From an uncultured delta proteobacterium (lineage in GTDB: Bacteria; Desulfobacterota; Binatia; JACPRU01), in NCBI GenBank assembly GCA_963745025.1, contig CAVUWD010000006.1:448001-512000 (forward strand): a DNA stretch of 64,000 bases, in the 5' to 3' direction. This document shows positions 60,840-64,000 of this stretch, piece after piece. Position numbers and translations under genes: made by a program. The notes under the pieces were generated by a model. The model saw nothing but the letters and a program-made list of their open reading frames with translations, had not been told where the DNA came from and did not search any database. The first letter of the stretch is position 1; each line of letters opens with the position of its first letter.

Positions 60840-61206
60840 ACTCCGCCGTGCCCTCGACCTGGCGCGTCTCTTCGAGCTACCCGCCTGGCACCCCGACCGC
60901 ATGATCGCCGCGCAGCTTGTGCTCTACATCGGCCTCGCGATCATCATCGCGATCACTCTGTGGAGCCACTAGAAGGCGGCGCACCCGTGACGCTGCGCTT
61001 CGAGTCTCCCCCGGCCCTCGATAACGGAGCCAAGGTCTGCTGGAGAGCTGCCCGTCGAACCAAGCGTATTTCGCTTGCTGGTTTGGCGCTCGACAACCCG
61101 GCGCCTCATGCACAGAAACGACTAACTGGAGCGCTCAAAAAAGTAGCCACAACCGGGGCAGACCCAGTACCGCTTGCGCTTTCCCCCTTGAAACAGCCCA
61201 TAAACT

Positions 61207-61981
61207 CGCCGCGGAGCTCCGCTTCGAAGGGAGAGCGTTTCCGATCGAGGAGCCGCGATTCGTCCACCGCGTCCAGGCGCGGACGCTCATGGACTACACG
61301 CGGCTCACGCAGAACGGCCGGTACAGGGGCTGGATCGACGTGGACGGCAAGCGAAGGACTCTCGCCTCCGGCACGATCGGCACGCGGGACCGCTCCTGGG
61401 GGGTCCGCTCGATCGGCATGACCGACCCGCAGCCGCTGCCGCCGATCCGGCCCCAGCAGTTCTTCTGGCTCTGGACGCCGCTCAACTTCGAGAAGAAGAG
61501 CGTATTCTATCACCTGAACGCCGACAGCGACGGGCGCCCGTGGAACACCCGGGCCGTCATCTGTCCCGACGGCGCCGGGCCCGACGAAATGATCGAGACC
61601 TCGCGCGCCCACATGGAGGTCATGTTCAAGTCCGGCACGCGGAACGCCCGCTCCGGCGTGCTCTCGATCGAGCCGGAAGCACGTCTGCCTCTCAGGGTGA
61701 CATTCGAGCCGCTCCAGCATTTCCAGATGCGCGGCATCGGCTACTTCCATCCGGAGTGGGTGCACGGCGGCTACAAGGGCGAACTCGTCGCGGCGCGGGA
61801 AGACATCGCGCTCGCCAACGTCGATCCGACTCTCCCACAGGAACTCCACGTCCAGGCGATCTCGCGCGTGACGGCCGAAGAGGCCGGCCGGGTCGAGAAC
61901 GGCATCGGCGTGTTCGAGCAACTGGTTCTCGGTCCGTACAAGCCGTACGGCTTCCGGGAGCTCCTCGACATGGCGCCCTGA
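61207..61981 (+). pseudogene. 5'-truncated conserved protein (hydratase/tocopherol-cyclase-like beta fold)
   Basis: Frame open from [36 protein letters not shown]; no start; abrupt junction at ~61205. Confidence 0.7.
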
Positions 61982-62013
61982 CCCTCCGGATCTCGAGAGA
62001 AAAGGAGCCCCTC

Positions 62014-62478
62014 ATGATCGACTATCGGATGGAGCACATCTTCTCCTACCGGGGGACGCTCCACACCCCCTTCGAGGTGATCGGCCCCCTCGCCGAGGGC
62101 CTGCGGGTCAACGGCTACGTGAGCGGAGGCGAGGTGACCGGCCCGAAGCTCCGCGGAAGGGTCCGGCCGGTCGGAGGGGACTGGCTCACGATTCGGCGCG
62201 ATGGAGTCGGGATCATCGACGTGCGGGCCACCCTCGAGGCCGACGACGGGGCACTCATCTACGTGACCTATGGCGGCATCCTCGACTTCGGCGAGGACGG
62301 CTATCAAAGGTTCCTCGAGGGGAAGATGCCGCCGAGCGGGACGCCCATCCGCACTTCCCCGCGCTTCTATACCTCCCACCCCGATTATCAGTGGCTGAAC
62401 CGGCTCCATTGCATCGGCATCGGCGAGGCATTCCTGGAACGTTCCGAGGTCCGCTACGACGTCTACGCGGTCCGTTAG
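62014..62478 (+). CDS. DUF3237 domain protein
   Basis: [36 protein letters not shown]. Confidence 0.9.
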   Translation: MIDYRMEHIFSYRGTLHTPFEVIGPLAEGLRVNGYVSGGEVTGPKLRGRVRPVGGDWLTIRRDGVGIIDVRATLEADDGALIYVTYGGILDFGEDGYQRFLEGKMPPSGTPIRTSPRFYTSHPDYQWLNRLHCIGIGEAFLERSEVRYDVYAVR

Positions 62479-62708
62479 TCGACTAGCGAATTCGCGCTCC
62501 TCTTTCGGAGGAACCTCGCACCCACGCCGGCCCCCCTCCCCCGTCCCCTAGGGAAGCCGTGATCAGACGATCGGACTCCGATGCGCCGCGCTCGTCGGCG
62601 TGCGTCTGCCCGCGGGAAGCGAAGCTGCCGCCCGATTGCGCGCCCACGCACCTCGGCCGAGAATTGGACGAGGCGCCTCCTCCGAGAGCTTCCGCACAGG
62701 AGACCACT

Positions 62709-63407
62709 ATGACCAACATCGAGTGCCTGACCGCACGCGTCGAGAAGCTCGAGCGTCGGAGCCGCATCTGGGCCGGACTCTGCGTCCTATCACTCGCCGC
62801 CGCACCGCTCCTTGCCGCGGCGAGCTCCGAGAGGCGCGTCGAGGCCGGGGGATTCGTGCTCCGCGACTTCCGCGGGCAGCGCCGTGCCGCGCTCGTCACG
62901 ACCGCGGACGGCGCGACCGCGCTCTCGCTCCGGGACGTGAAAGGCGTGGAGAGGATCTCTCTCGCGGTGGCACCGGACGGGAGACCGAGTCTCACCGTGA
63001 GCGACGCCTCCTCCCATCCGAGAGTGCGGATCGCGCTCGCCCGCGAGTCGAGCCTCAACTTCTACGACCGCCGCGGAAAGCTCCGCGCCGTGCTTGGCGT
63101 GAGCGAGTACGGGCCGCACTGGGCGCCGCCGAGGGCCGTCGAGGCCGCGCCCGAGTCAGAGGCCACGCCCGAGTCCGCGGCCGCGAGAGCCTTCTTCCAG
63201 GAGGGCTTCTCGCCCAAGCCTGTCGAGGCGAAGCCGGATGTGCTGGAAGAGGCCGCGCAGATGGGGCCGGTCCTCAAGCTCTTCGACGTCTTCGGGACGC
63301 CGAGCCTCGAGGCGAGGGTCGACGTGGATCGTCCTGTCCTCATGCTGCAGACCCGCACCGGAGCCTTTCAGGCGCTTACCGCCGAGCGACCGCCCGTCGG
63401 CCAATAG
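62709..63407 (+). CDS. Hypothetical membrane-anchored protein with beta-repeat
   Basis: RVEKLERR, TM helix, FVLRD..GQRRAAL repeats. Confidence 0.7.
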   Translation: MTNIECLTARVEKLERRSRIWAGLCVLSLAAAPLLAAASSERRVEAGGFVLRDFRGQRRAALVTTADGATALSLRDVKGVERISLAVAPDGRPSLTVSDASSHPRVRIALARESSLNFYDRRGKLRAVLGVSEYGPHWAPPRAVEAAPESEATPESAAARAFFQEGFSPKPVEAKPDVLEEAAQMGPVLKLFDVFGTPSLEARVDVDRPVLMLQTRTGAFQALTAERPPVGQ

Positions 63408-63514
63408 GCCGCGGCCCCGAGAAGAACTGGGGCTCATCGCGACACGTTCACCGAAGCGAGCGCTCTTCCGATGAACGAAGTAACGAACACAGGACTAGAA
63501 GCGAGGGAGAGATC

Positions 63515-64000
63515 ATGGCGGACGAAGCGATCCGCAATCGCGACGCGGTCGATCACGTGCTCAAGACAACGCGCAGCGTTCGACGTCGGCTCGATCTCGA
63601 GCGGCCGGTGCCGGAGCACCTGATCGAGGAGGCAATCGACGTGGCGCTTCAGGCGCCGACCGGAGCGAATTCCCAGGATTGGCGCTTTGTCGTCGTCACC
63701 GATGCGAGCCTTCGCGCGAAGCTCGCTGAAATCTACCGTAAAGGAGCGGAGCTCTACCTCGCGGGAAAGACGGGTCTCTCGCGAACCGGCATGAGCGTCG
63801 CCCGCGAGTACGGGGCCGATGACCCCCGCGCACGGCGGATGCCGCGGATCGTCCGGTCGGCGGTTCACCTGATCGAGAACCTCCATCGCGTTCCCGCCCA
63901 CGTCATTCCCTGCATCGCCGGGCGGTTCGAGACGGAAGACGTCTTCACCCAATCTTCCATGTGGGGCTCGATCCTGCCGGCGACATGGTCGCTGATGCTC
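63515..64000 (+). CDS. Nitroreductase family protein (runs off window)
   Basis: Manual translation: TTRSVRRRLDLERPV..ALQAPTGANSQDWRFVVVTD. Confidence 0.9.
   Translation, partial: MADEAIRNRDAVDHVLKTTRSVRRRLDLERPVPEHLIEEAIDVALQAPTGANSQDWRFVVVTDASLRAKLAEIYRKGAELYLAGKTGLSRTGMSVAREYGADDPRARRMPRIVRSAVHLIENLHRVPAHVIPCIAGRFETEDVFTQSSMWGSILPATWSLML

Larger units (their letters stand above)
23229..61200. mobile_element. Composite genomic island integrated at tRNA-Arg; right end inferred from a truncated host-type gene
   Basis: Integrase abuts tRNA; phage-satellite genes, IS elements and gene fragments throughout; no clear attR found. Confidence 0.7.

Overview
GC-rich bacterial chromosome window; gene style suggests a Deltaproteobacteria/Binatota-like organism (inference). 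1-23.2 kb is core chromosome: purU, bfr-bfd with a Fur-box-like site, AmmeMemoRadiSam radical SAM, comEC-uvrC-uvrB, ECF sigma/anti-sigma, PBP1b, thiolase and tRNA-Arg(UCG). A ~38 kb mosaic accessory region starts at the tRNA and ends near 61.2 kb at a 5'-truncated host-type gene. It holds a PICI/P4-satellite-like module (integrase, excisionase, primase, AlpA); an IS66 tandem dimer; IS630 and IS21 elements; two class III cyclase-TPR genes; and two copies of a 'leader ORF + secreted beta-barrel' module. It also holds an AT-hook NAP candidate plus a truncated paralog. A second mobile operon encodes RadC/JAB, a DUF736-like protein, its own beta sliding clamp, a ClpX-type Zn-finger protein and a FimB-like recombinase, interleaved with structured RNA-like elements and followed by a 55-bp direct repeat pair. 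No CRISPR array, cas or reverse transcriptase gene was seen. Many accessory-region frameshifts look like single-base insertions and may be sequencing errors. Family assignments come from motif recognition only; no searches were run.
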